Positions 1-10,919 of a DNA stretch of 37,525 bases are shown here, in pieces (position 1 is the stretch's first letter; every line of letters starts with the position of its first letter). The position numbers were made by a program, and so were the translations under genes. Below the pieces are notes generated by a model. That model did no database searches, had not been told where the DNA came from, and was given only the letters and a program-made list of their open reading frames with translations. The stretch covers positions 124,001 to 161,525 of the forward strand of contig JAVECO010000026.1 of NCBI GenBank assembly GCA_051942205.1, given 5' to 3'. This stretch comes from Coniocarpon cinnabarinum. Its lineage: Eukaryota.

Positions 1-480
1 GTTGACACTACTGCGACAAATTGAGCAGGGGCTGCAACGAGCAGCCGATGGCGTGTGCGCGACGGCTATCTGTAACAAATGATATACGGAATGGGATGGG
101 CAGAACGCATTGCTGCGTGATTCGCATAGCTTCCGGCGTGTCTTTGCATGTCTAGGCCCTTCAACGCGGTAGTTTCGTCGCTGCACCACCTCCAGGGCTC
201 TCTCCTCTGCGCTGCACAGGAGTGTATAAGGGAGGAATGCACTCCCGCCATGGTCACCGGCAAGTTGGGTATGACTGGTACCCGAACGGCAGTGCTCCGT
301 ACACACTTGAGAAACCGCTGACGCGCCTCGTCGTCGACCGTGATTGCTGCGCCCTCTGCGTTGAAGCGACGTCTCCACCGGAGGAGGGGTTGGGATCGAA
401 GGCGATGGCCTCGTCGTTGGGGCGCGATTTACTGCTGGCCGCGGGCGTGAGTCAGGGTGATAGCGTTCAGAGGCAGGGCC

Positions 481-507
481 TGGACAGTGGACAGTGGACA
501 GTGGACA
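481..507. repeat. Short tandem repeat (TGGACAG)x3.9
   Basis: TGGACAG TGGACAG TGGACAG TGGACA read directly. Confidence 0.9.
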
Positions 508-882
508 TGCCATTGCCTCGGGATCTCCAGGCGGTCATGCACAGCCGTTGGTCTCATCGACGCACGGGCCGCCCTCCATCTCTTCCTCAGCTGATTCATT
601 CGGCATTCGTCCCGTAGGCCATACGACATGGTTGGGAGCGCGCATGACTCGCGTGTCTCATGCGGCGCGAGTCGTGGCATGATCGCCCTCTGATTTGCTT
701 CTTCGTTCCGGCTTCTATTCTTGCCATCTGGAACACTCCTCCAATCTCCCCTTCAGAGCATGCTGCGAACCTAGCCGTGCCATGACGGAGTCGACCAGGG
801 GGAGCGTGTGTCCTCTTGCTGCGACCACCGGCCCCGAGGAGGACGTGGAGGACGTGAAGGAGCAGCGTTGTGTGACGACCGC

Positions 883-915
883 CAACAACAACAACAACAA
901 CAACACCACCACCAC
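883..915. repeat. Compound microsatellite (CAA)7(CAC)4
   Basis: Read directly; explains the poly-N/T and poly-V/L/C runs in the overlapping short ORFs. Confidence 0.95.
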
Positions 916-2158
916 TCTGCTCGGGCGCGGGTGCACTCAGCCGCCACGTAGGTAGCCGGCAAGTGGTAGCGAAAGGGCAATGTCTCCATCTCGTCCTGCA
1001 CCGAGAGATTGCTGGCAGCAGTGTTAGTCTCGTTTCCAGACCGCCGACCTGGGGCCTTGACATTGAGCGCTGCCTTTGGTCCTAGTGTGCTCGTGTCCTG
1101 GTGATGCTGCCCTCGAGCAGCGATCCGCCCCGAGGCCCATGACTCTCGCCCTCTCCCTCTTGATGCACTCTGTATTGGCGTCTTGACTTGACGGTGCGCG
1201 GTGCGGCTGGCGACGTTGCACCTCCGGTCCGCCCACGGGCTCGTTATAGCAGTTGGGTCAGAGACCCAGAGACGGTGACCTCCAGGGCCACGCTTACGCT
1301 CGCTCCGTCGTGCGGTACATGCGTGCAATAGCAGCGTGAAGCAAAGCAGGTCGCAGCCTCCATCTCAGACACCAGACGCCCGCCAGACAAAAGGGTGACG
1401 TGATGCTCGAAATAACGCTGCAGCTGGTAATTTCCCTCAGAAGTGCAGCACTAAAACTGTGATGCCTCTACCCTTTCAGCCAGTCTGCCAGACTAGTCGT
1501 TTCACCCTGCTAATTGCTCGACGCTCTGTCCTTCACCTGGCTGCCCGGCCGGGCCTCTACCACGCTTTTCTTTCCCTCGACTCCCCCACACCTTGCAAAC
1601 TTTTCTTCCCTTCAGTAGTAGCAGCAGCACCGTCGAGATCCAGCAGCCGCGTCGACCGCTCGCTTCCTCTGCGCCGCCGCATTAGTCAAGATCTCCAGGA
1701 ACACCGTGTGCGTCCGCGACCTGCGTGCTACCATCCCAAGCCCACCCTCCGCCGCTGAACCACGGCACACGATACCTCTGCATCCCACGTCCAACTCCCA
1801 AGGCCCCAATACTTCGGCGACTCTTCCATTCTTCCATGATCTACCAACCACTGCGTCCATCACCCCTACCTTGCAGGGTTGCCGGCTGCACCTTGGTCTA
1901 GCCTACACCTATTAGCCCCGTTTGTCAGCCACCATCACCTATAGCTGTCTGCATAGGGGATGTCCCATCGTCTCTATCAGCATAGTGGCCACGACATCAG
2001 AGAATCCCCAAATCGCTCGCCCAAAAATTTCCCTCCTCCGCCACACAAACAATCGGTAAGTGACTTTCCCTTTGTGTGCATGGTGCCAGCAACGTCAGGC
2101 ACCGGCATTCCCCATTGCACGCCCAGAGGAAGAGGAGTCACGAGCAGCAGCAAGAGTA

Positions 2159-2162
<4 letters not shown>

Positions 2163-2200
<38 letters not shown>
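2163..2200. repeat. (CAG)12 microsatellite upstream of the first gene
   Basis: Twelve perfect CAG units, with degenerate units from ~2143. Confidence 0.95.
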
Positions 2201-2943
2201 CCGGCAGCCACCACCGTGTCGACTACCACCGCCGCAGGATCAGCTTGCCCTTGTGCACCGTGCCCCCAAAAACGTTTTGTGTCATCCCTTAGCACGATCG
2301 GATGGGCGTCGATCAGGTCCAGGGCGTTCTCTCGGCCCTTTGACAGCAACAGCTCTGGAGACTAGCAGCTGCGGTGATCATCCCCCAAACCCAAGACAAT
2401 CGACCGCCCACGCAACCAGGCTGCGCGTGAACGATGCCCCCAATCGCCCGCACTGCCCACCTGCAGCATCTTGCACCATCTAGCACCTTGCGCCACTAGT
2501 CCCTTTGGTCCGCCGCACAGACTCCCTCCACTGGGGCATCCTTGTCATGCACTGGGGACTAAGCGCTTCACCTTCCACAACGGACCCCTGCTAGCCCGGC
2601 GACTTGACGCATGTCCCCCACGATGCCTCTCCAGCTTGCCCTACCCTCTCATTTCATGCCATGGTAAACATGGCCAAAAACATTATCTCGGTTGATGCGT
2701 GCCTTCTTGGATGTAAAAAGGTCACTTCATCGCCGGTCCTTGGTCGTACTTCTCCTTACGCTCTCGCTCTCCCTGTCACATGCAATCATCGCGCGGAAGG
2801 AGGGTTACCTGCTGTTGCTGGCAAGTATCACGCCTGGTGAATGATCGACCGCTTAGCCGACCACACTCCGCTGCTTGCTTCAGCCATCCGAGCAATCCCG
2901 GACTTTCAGGGTCGATCACCATCCTGGTCACTGAGCTGTTTGG

Positions 2944-5562
2944 ATGCAGGTATTCCCACCCACTCGCGACAGCTGCTGCATCTGCTCACCTCTGGCTCAC
3001 CTCTGGTGCTTGGTGTTCGGCGCGTGAATTGTATTGCTTGCTTTCTGAAAGCTAATTCTTTGCGCAACAGCCTCGAAATTTTTCAGTATCGTCTCACCAA
3101 CCACAGACTTCCCAACTCCACTCCTTCCACCCTCAATACTCTCAGCCACAAGCTCCATCTCACGTGGATGAGAGCTACCAGCAGAGCTACGCGCCCTACT
3201 CGCAGAACACATCTACCCTCTACTCTGCTCCCAACCCACCCCACTCCAATCCTCAACCAGGTTCCGGATATTCATCACAGTATCAGCCCCCACTGATACC
3301 ACGCTCGTCTTCCGAGAGTTTTAATTACAGCGCCCCAAGTCAGAGTCACTATAGTTCTGTCAGTTCTACTGGATACACTGGAGCCTGGAGCTCTGGCGGT
3401 GAGTAACAATCCACGTCCTGTCTCTTTCGGTAGTTTCAATTTGACCATGCTGAACGCTACGTGCCTTGCGTTCTGATTCAGCTGCTGTCAATTGTTACTT
3501 GCCGTGGATTTGATGGAAAATTTTCAACTGATCAATAATTGCAGAACAAAACGAGATGATGGCAGCTACGCATCCGTTGAGGACGCAATTCCCTACTTAC
3601 CCAACTCCGACCTCTAATTCCCCCGCCTCAATCTCTTCTCCTCAGGACCACCAGCGTGGTGCATCCTATCGGCCACCGTACGGCAGCTCTTACTATTCGC
3701 AGTATCAGATGCCGAACACGACCCAGTATCTCCCAGCTTCGGCCAATTCGACGTATAGTACTTCCTCGCAATCTCAAGTGTCTCCACAATATCAGTCGAG
3801 TCATGTTCTACCATCACCATCGTCGTATTCACAGTCTGCGTTCATGGATCAAAGTCCAAGGGAACGCTCCTCTTACCAAGCTCCGCTTCAGCTTTCCAGT
3901 CAGTACATGGGTCCACCGCCAACGGCTAACTCCAAGCCACCGGTGGGTGCTGGCGGCCATGCCAGTATGAATCCCGGTGGCGGAAGATCTCATCAAGGAG
4001 CTGCACCTGGTCCGATTCCAGCGACGCAACCTGTCGTGACTCAAAAGGGTCCAGATGGCCAACAGGTCATCCAGTTCGAGTATTCGCGCGACCGAGTCAA
4101 GGTCGTCTACGACATCGTGTGCAACACAGATTCTGTCGACACTTCCAAACTGCCTGCGGAATTCAAGGAAACCAACGCGGTGTATCCCAAAGCACGAGTC
4201 AAAGAAGTGTACAAAGGCAACCGATGGGAATACGAAGCGCGTTGTAACGAGCTGGGCTGGGCCTTGGCGGAGCTCAATCCCTCTATCCGGGGCAAGCGAG
4301 GCGTGATCCAACGCGCCGTGGATAGTCTTCGTAATTGCTCTCAAGATCCACAACAACGTAGTCGGCGCGTACGACGGTTGCAGAAGATCACCAAGAGACA
4401 GCAAACCCAGAAGCAGAACAGCATGGCGGGGTCGACATCCATGGCAGGCGGATTGCAGAATACCGGGGCATTCAAGCAAGAGCCTCTACCTCTTCCTCCG
4501 GCACAGCATCAGATGCTGAATCCAGACGAAATGTCTCGCGGCAGCGGTACGTTCCACTACAGAATGTGAAGAATGAAAAACTCCAGAATGTCAAAGTCTG
4601 GTGGAGTACCTGCCTCTGCCAGCGCGTCACTGTACGTGGATCCGGCCGAGCGCATGCAACTGCCAGACTGTGCCCCTGCCTGGTGTGCCCCCTCATGCGG
4701 TGTTCGATGTCTCTTGATCCTGTGCTGACCATTTCTTCGCTTTGCAGTCGACAGCTCAGATTTAGATTGGTCACCAAACGACGCTTCTGTTGCTGAATTT
4801 CCCCGACCGACATACTCGCCTAGCCCAGAGGCTTCGCCTGTGCAAGATCAATCCTTTTCGCGTCGCACCACCATGACTGCGGCAGAGTCAGAAGATTCTC
4901 GGCCATCGTACGGACCCTATTTTTCGGAGTCTTCAGTGTCGCCCAAGCAGGGACACCGTTTCACCGATCATGACCTCTTCGGCAACGTTCAAGGCATGAA
5001 TATGCCGACGTATTTGGCTGTCAAGGACGTGGAAGGAATTCAAGTCAAGATTCCAAAGGTTTTCACTCAAGACGTTGATGGCATCGTCGATGATTGGCGC
5101 TCGAAATACGCTGTCTTTCCTTCCGCCTGTCAAGAAGATTTTGGTGGTGATCAGTCACCCCTTTGGCGTGCTCGATCCACAGAAAAGATTACACTTCCGA
5201 GTGGCAAAGAATTCGAAGTCGAAATCCCACAAGCGTCCGCGACTGAGCACCAGCAAAAGCAAATTTTGAACGAGATCGGATACCGCATGAGTTGGCAGCG
5301 TCGTCAAGAGTTTTGTGATTCAAAATCCGATCCCCAATTACCACGAAACCTGTTCTTGCAGCGATCTAGTAAGTTCAAAATGAACCGGGGGTAAAGCTGT
5401 CTGAGATGGGCTGACATGGCTGTGACAGTGGATAAGTACCGCCAACAAATGTCTGAACAATTTCGCAAGAATCATCGTGAGCCGCCTTCGCACTTCGAGA
5501 CCCGACCGGGCCGTGCCCGCTGGCAGCCGCGCCGGGCGCCTACCGCTGAAGCTTCGGCATGA
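2944..5562 (+). CDS. Conserved fungal hypothetical protein (~696 aa): S/Q/Y/P-rich N-terminus plus two copies of an uncharacterised domain; join(2944..2949,3071..3398,3545..4546,4748..5368,5429..5562)
   Basis: Introns GTATTC..GCTAAT..CAG, GTGAGT..CTGAT..CAG, GTACGT..GCTGAC..CAG and GTAAGT..GCTGAC..CAG join ORFs 3164, 3556 and 4840 in frame. The block FEYSRDRVK...NAVYP...YKGNRWEYE..CNELGWALAELNP..RGKRG.IQRAVDS.RN...RSRRVRR matches an uncharacterised ascomycete family as I recall it. The 2-codon first exon is the least certain part. Confidence 0.8.
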
Positions 5563-6435
5563 GTCTGCAGAAAGCGTGTAGCTGCTACATAACCGTTGAT
5601 GTGCGACGCTTTGCGCCGCTGCGCATGTACATCTTCAGCGAAATTTACTTTTCCCCGTGTCTGATGAATGGTTGGCAATCTCGTGTATGGGTGGAATTCT
5701 GCTATTGAATGGCTGAGCCAGCAACATCAGCGAGACTTGCACAACCAACACGCATGTCTCTGCGCTCAATCATGCTGGAGCGGATTTGACGATGAGATAC
5801 ACGAACCTGTACAATACTTTCCCATGAAAAATATACCTACCTACACGGTGGTTCCTGCGCTTGCTTGACAAGCTGCCCACTTGAAGTCTAGCGCCAGGCA
5901 CACTTGTGGTACTTGCAACGCTGTGCTGCTTGTGCAGGGTGACTCGAGAAACGCCTCACATGTGCGTCTGTAGTCTCTCCCAAGCAAGTGGTGCTTGACT
6001 AATGCCAAGGTAGTCTCCTAATGAGTTACTTGTGCCTCCACGGAATCGAAAAAGTAGCACACCGCGTCGCACCTGTGACAAACTCTAGGCCGTCTATGCA
6101 TCTTCACTCACTATTACGATGAGCTCACCAGGCAGACGAGCAGTATTGACTTCCATGTAGCGTGAGGGTCTGAACATAAATATCCAAACAGCTGGGCAGG
6201 TTAATCAAAGTTGCAGTGGCAGCTTGATTGCCTAGGCAAAAAATTTCCCGTCCCAGAGACGGAGGCCTAGACTTTTGAAACCGATCTCTGTCGGAAGACC
6301 ATAATTTTGTTTCCTTGTTTCAGTTTTACCCTTTTAGTCACAACTTGCGCTCCACTGCTTCAACCTCGACGCGTCAGATACACGTATTCTCTTTGACCCC
6401 AGATACATGTAGCGTAGGTCAAGCGAAAGCTGTGC

Positions 6436-8772
6436 ATGCAACTGACGCACTCAAGAAGACTTCTCGGCGCTGGCATTAAGACGAATTACGTAAGACAATC
6501 ATTGCGCAGAGAAGCATCAAGTCGAGTCTATGAGTCAGGGCGACCGCGTCTGGGTGCCTGCCCATCGACAACACCTGTTGCTTTGAGAAAACCGAGCTCG
6601 AAGATCATAATGTCACAGAACGGGACCGTGCCCGGTACTTCCAACCGATCCATGGCTTCCCTGACTGCTTCATTACATCAGTTGGGAATCAAATCTCTGC
6701 CCAGCTTCGCCAACGCATGTCCAGTGCACAATCCGGTGGACGTCTACCGAGCTCACATAGCCTCTGTTGTAGCATCAATAGCTGGCGTGAAGCCTGAAAT
6801 AGTCTATCCGGCACTTCAATGGACTTCCACACTCGACAAGGGAGACCTCACCCTGCCAGTTCCGGCTCTGCGCCTCAAGGGCCAGAAGCCAGACGAGCTC
6901 GCTCGAACGATAGCGAATAATGTAAGTGCTCATACTGCTTCGTGTACCCTAGTCGCTTGTGCCCTGATTTCCTGTTGACGTGAGCCATAGTTCCCGGAGG
7001 ATATTCTGGTGGAAAAGCCTGATTCTCACGGACCCCACCTGGCCTTTTTCTTCAAACCACAGCCTCTCAATGAGATCGTGTTGTCCACAATCGTCAAGTC
7101 GCCAGCATCGTATGGATTCAATCGCGATCTGGGACTGAAGAATTCCTCCGACGAGTCAGCCGGCCGCAAGAGGATCATTGTCGAATTCTCGTCCCCTAAC
7201 ATTGCGAAACCCTTTCACGCGGGGCATCTGCGAAGCACGATCATTGGTGGATTTTTAGCCAACTTGTATGAGCGCGTCGGTTGGGATGTCGTTCGAATGA
7301 ACTATCTTGGGGACTGGGGCAAGCAGTATGGTGTTCTGGCCGTGGGGTACAAGAAATTTGGAAGCGACGCCGAAATCGATAAGAATCCTATCGGTCACCT
7401 GTACGACGTCTACGTCGAGATCAACAAGGAACTCAAGGCCGAAGAAGAGCAGCTTCAACAGAAGGAAGCGCACGTAAAAGAACTGCAGGTAAGGAAATCA
7501 AACACGAAAAAGATTGATTCTGTACGCGCCTAGCTGATCTCTAATAGACTAAAAATGAAAATGTTTTAGAGCTCGAACAGGAGCTCGAAACGCTGCGCAA
7601 AAATGGGATTGACGAGCAGGCTCGACAGTACTTCAAGCGCATGGTCGATGGCGATGAAGAAGCAGTGAAGACGTGGCGAAAATTTCGGGATTTAAGTATC
7701 AAAAAGTACAAAGAGACGTATGCGCGCCTCAACATCTACTATGACGACTACTCTGGCGAGTCGCAGATCCAGGACGCAAGCATGGAAAAGGCAGCCAGAA
7801 TTCTCGAGGGGCAAAAAGTCTCCGAAGAATCCAAAGGAGCCGTCATTGTCGATCTCAGCAGGCACGGAGCCAAGAAGCTTGGTAAAGCGTTGGTGAAGAA
7901 GTCTGACGGGACTAGTCTTTACCTGACGCGTGACATTGGAGCAATCATGGAACGCGACGAAAAGTACCATTTCGACAAGATGATATATGTGATTGCCAAT
8001 CAACAGGACATGCACGTGGCGCAATTGTTCAAGATTGTCGAGCTCATGGGCCTGAAAGACCTCGCCTCACGCTGCGAGCATGTCAATTTCGGCATGGTAC
8101 TGGGCATGAGCACCCGCAAAGGGACCGTCAAATTCTTGGACGACATCCTGCGCGACGTTGGGGACTACATGCACGATGTCATGCGGAATAACCAAGACAA
8201 ATACCAACAGGTGGAAGACCCAGCCAAAACAGCGGACACGCTCGGCATCTCGGCGGTGATGGTGCAGGACATGACGGGCAAGCGTGTCAACAACTACAAA
8301 TTCGAAATGGAGCGGATGACGTCTTTTGAGGGCGACACCGGCCCTTACCTGCAATACGCCCACGCCCGCCTCTGCTCGATCACACGGAAAGCGCAGATGT
8401 CAAGCGAGGAGCTCGCCGACGCCGACTTCACGCTGCTGACGGAGAAGCACGCCCGAGAAGTGGTGCGAGCGCTGGCGCAGTGGCCGGACGTGGTGCAAAA
8501 CACGCTCAAGACGAACGAGCCGATTACGGTGCTCACATACCTCTTCAAGATGACACACGCATTGAGCGCGAGCTACGACCACCTGCAGGTCGTGGGCAGC
8601 GAGTTGGCCATCAAGAAGGCGCGTCTGGCGTTGTACACGTGCGCGCGACAGACGTTATGGAACGGAATGCGGTTGCTGGGCCTGGATCCCGTGGAGCGGT
8701 AAGTGCAGCACCTACCTTTCAGCAGAGGCTGGATGGGGAACGAGACTGACGTATGTGCGACGCAGGATGTGA
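6436..8772 (+). CDS. RRS1: Arginyl-tRNA synthetase (class I), ~713 aa from the first ATG; join(6436..6921,6991..7488,7548..8698,8766..8772)
   Basis: HIGH-type motif [45 protein letters not shown] and [13 protein letters not shown]. Three canonical introns restore the frame and the diagnostic C-terminus LGLDPVERM*. Confidence 0.97.
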
Positions 8773-10919
8773 AGCTGGCCAAGAGGGATCACAGATGCGG
8801 CGATGCAGCGTGGGGATGATTGCGGTCGCACGACGGTCGCCTGTCGAGGATCAAGCCGAGAAGAGGTTGGGCCATTGGCCTGGGGAGGCCCGATGCAGAC
8901 CGTGGAGCGACCCAAAGGGGCAAGGGGAGATGGTGGCAGAGGGACCGAAGGAGACAAAGGGGAGGGCACTCAGCATGATCATGATGCATCTCAAAGGATG
9001 TCGTCGGCCTCAAACGCGCCTCTGACTCGGCTCCAGGCCCAGGGCGGCGCCGGTGCCGACGCCCGCAGCTGGAGGCGCGCAAGTGGTCGGGCTGGCGCGC
9101 TGGCGTAGGCGACGCGTCTAGCAGGAGGGGAGGAGAGGAGGCGTCGCCATTGGCCGGGCGAGGTGGATGTCTCAGGTCGGGGTGCGCTGGCAGTGGGGGA
9201 AGAGGGGAGAGGGAGGGCGGCGGACAGGACGAGGTGAGTGGTGAGTGCCCTTTGCACCGCTCCAGCATCCAGCATCCAGCACGCTCCGGCGCAGCTCGTG
9301 TGCAGCTCCCCGCAGCGAACAGGCGGTGAACGAGAGATCACGCCTCTCCGCGCCCAACCCACACCTGCTCGTCCCCCTTCCCCCATTCTTCCTCCAACAG
9401 GCCTCCAACAGGCCAGGTACCTCCAGTGCAGAGTTTGCGGCTTCTGCGCGACGCGTTTCCCTCCATCTACCTCATGTCCAAGTACCGCCCACCGCCGGCG
9501 ATCAGTTGCTCGCCTCCCCCTCTGCCGATCTTGGGCGCTGTTGGGCTCCTCTTGGGCGCGCACCATCACCCATCCATATGTCGGCGAGGCTCCTCTCTCG
9601 CCGGCCGAGGGTGCAGTGTCGACGCAGCATCCCTGGTCGGGCATGTTCATGACGGTCAGGTCAGCAAATGACGAGAGTTTGCGAGCGTGCGGTAGCGTGG
9701 TCGACGGCGTCGCGTCAGAGAGAGGTACCTCGATACTGACAGAGGCGCCGGCTCATGGATGACGAGTGACAGGCGGCCAGGATGTGAGGGGAGGGGTGGG
9801 GGGAGAGAAGGAAGTGCTCGCAAGCAAACAGCTGCCTCAGTCTTAGCAATCAGCACCAGAACCACCACCACCACCACCATGTTGGAGACGAGGCAGAAAT
9901 CCGGTAGACAATGCAACGGACGGTGACGCGTCTATGGAGGGGACCAGGTCGCCCAGAAAAGTTCCGTTCCGTCAGTTGGTCTCCTCCTCTGCGCACCACC
10001 CACACACACGCACACACACAGGATGGAGGACAGCTCCAGTTCGCGAGCACGCAGTTGCCTGCCCTAATCGCCACTCCGCATACGCCCATGCACCTTGACA
10101 TCGTCGTTTTCCCTCCTTCTCGCCTCTCACCACCCACTCACCACTCACCACTCATCCTCCTCTCACCCTCCTCTTACCCCCTTCGCCGCGCCCTCTCTGT
10201 CCCAGTGGCTATGCGAGGTACCTGACCCAGTGCTACCTCTGCTCCCTCTTGCTGCGACCGTTGCTTGCTTGCTTGCTCCTCGCTCTTTTCTTCTCCTCCT
10301 CATTGCCGGCCCCCAATGCATCCATGCATCGTTTAGACTCACATCTTCTCATCTCTTCCACCCTCCCCTCGCCCTCCTTCCCTTCCTCCTCCATTGCCAA
10401 CTTCTTGTATCTATTATTTAACCGGTCCAGCCTCCCTCCGATATGGTGTCGGGCTTTGTAATCATTCTCTTCCTGTCCACCCTCGGGACCTAGCACACCC
10501 TTTTTGTAAAACCTCGCACACAGAGTTATCATCATCGCTATCCACCACAACACTCCAACAATCAGCCAAGCCGAGGTGTCCGCTGCTCGCTGTTCGTCCC
10601 TCGACGACCACTGCCAGCCATTGACCATGAATGGTCTCGGTGCTGCCTCTCACACCAACAACCTGGCCATCGCTAGCCTCATTCGCCCATCGGTCACATT
10701 GGATTCCTACCCACACTGGCAAGGCGTTCGCTGCCGATAGCCTCGACGACTCGCAAGCCCCGAAAAGCATCACACCCGCCTATCCGAGACGGGGCATTCC
10801 CAACACACATACCAGGTACCGATCCTTGCTCGTCACCTGGCAGCCTGATTGCCTGAGGGTTCAGGCTCCCCGTTCTCCGCCGACCGGAGGGCTAAAATAA
10901 AGCGTTGTCGATATCCACT

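Noticed and set aside
66..2840. Many short overlapping ORFs, including poly-S/A/L/N products
   Set aside because: They overlap in all frames, are driven by microsatellites and high GC, and show no recognisable domain or consistent splice model.
8753..10900. ORFs up to 219 aa between ArgRS and the 10920 gene
   Set aside because: Stops are rare in GC-rich DNA; the translations are low-complexity on both strands with no family motif.
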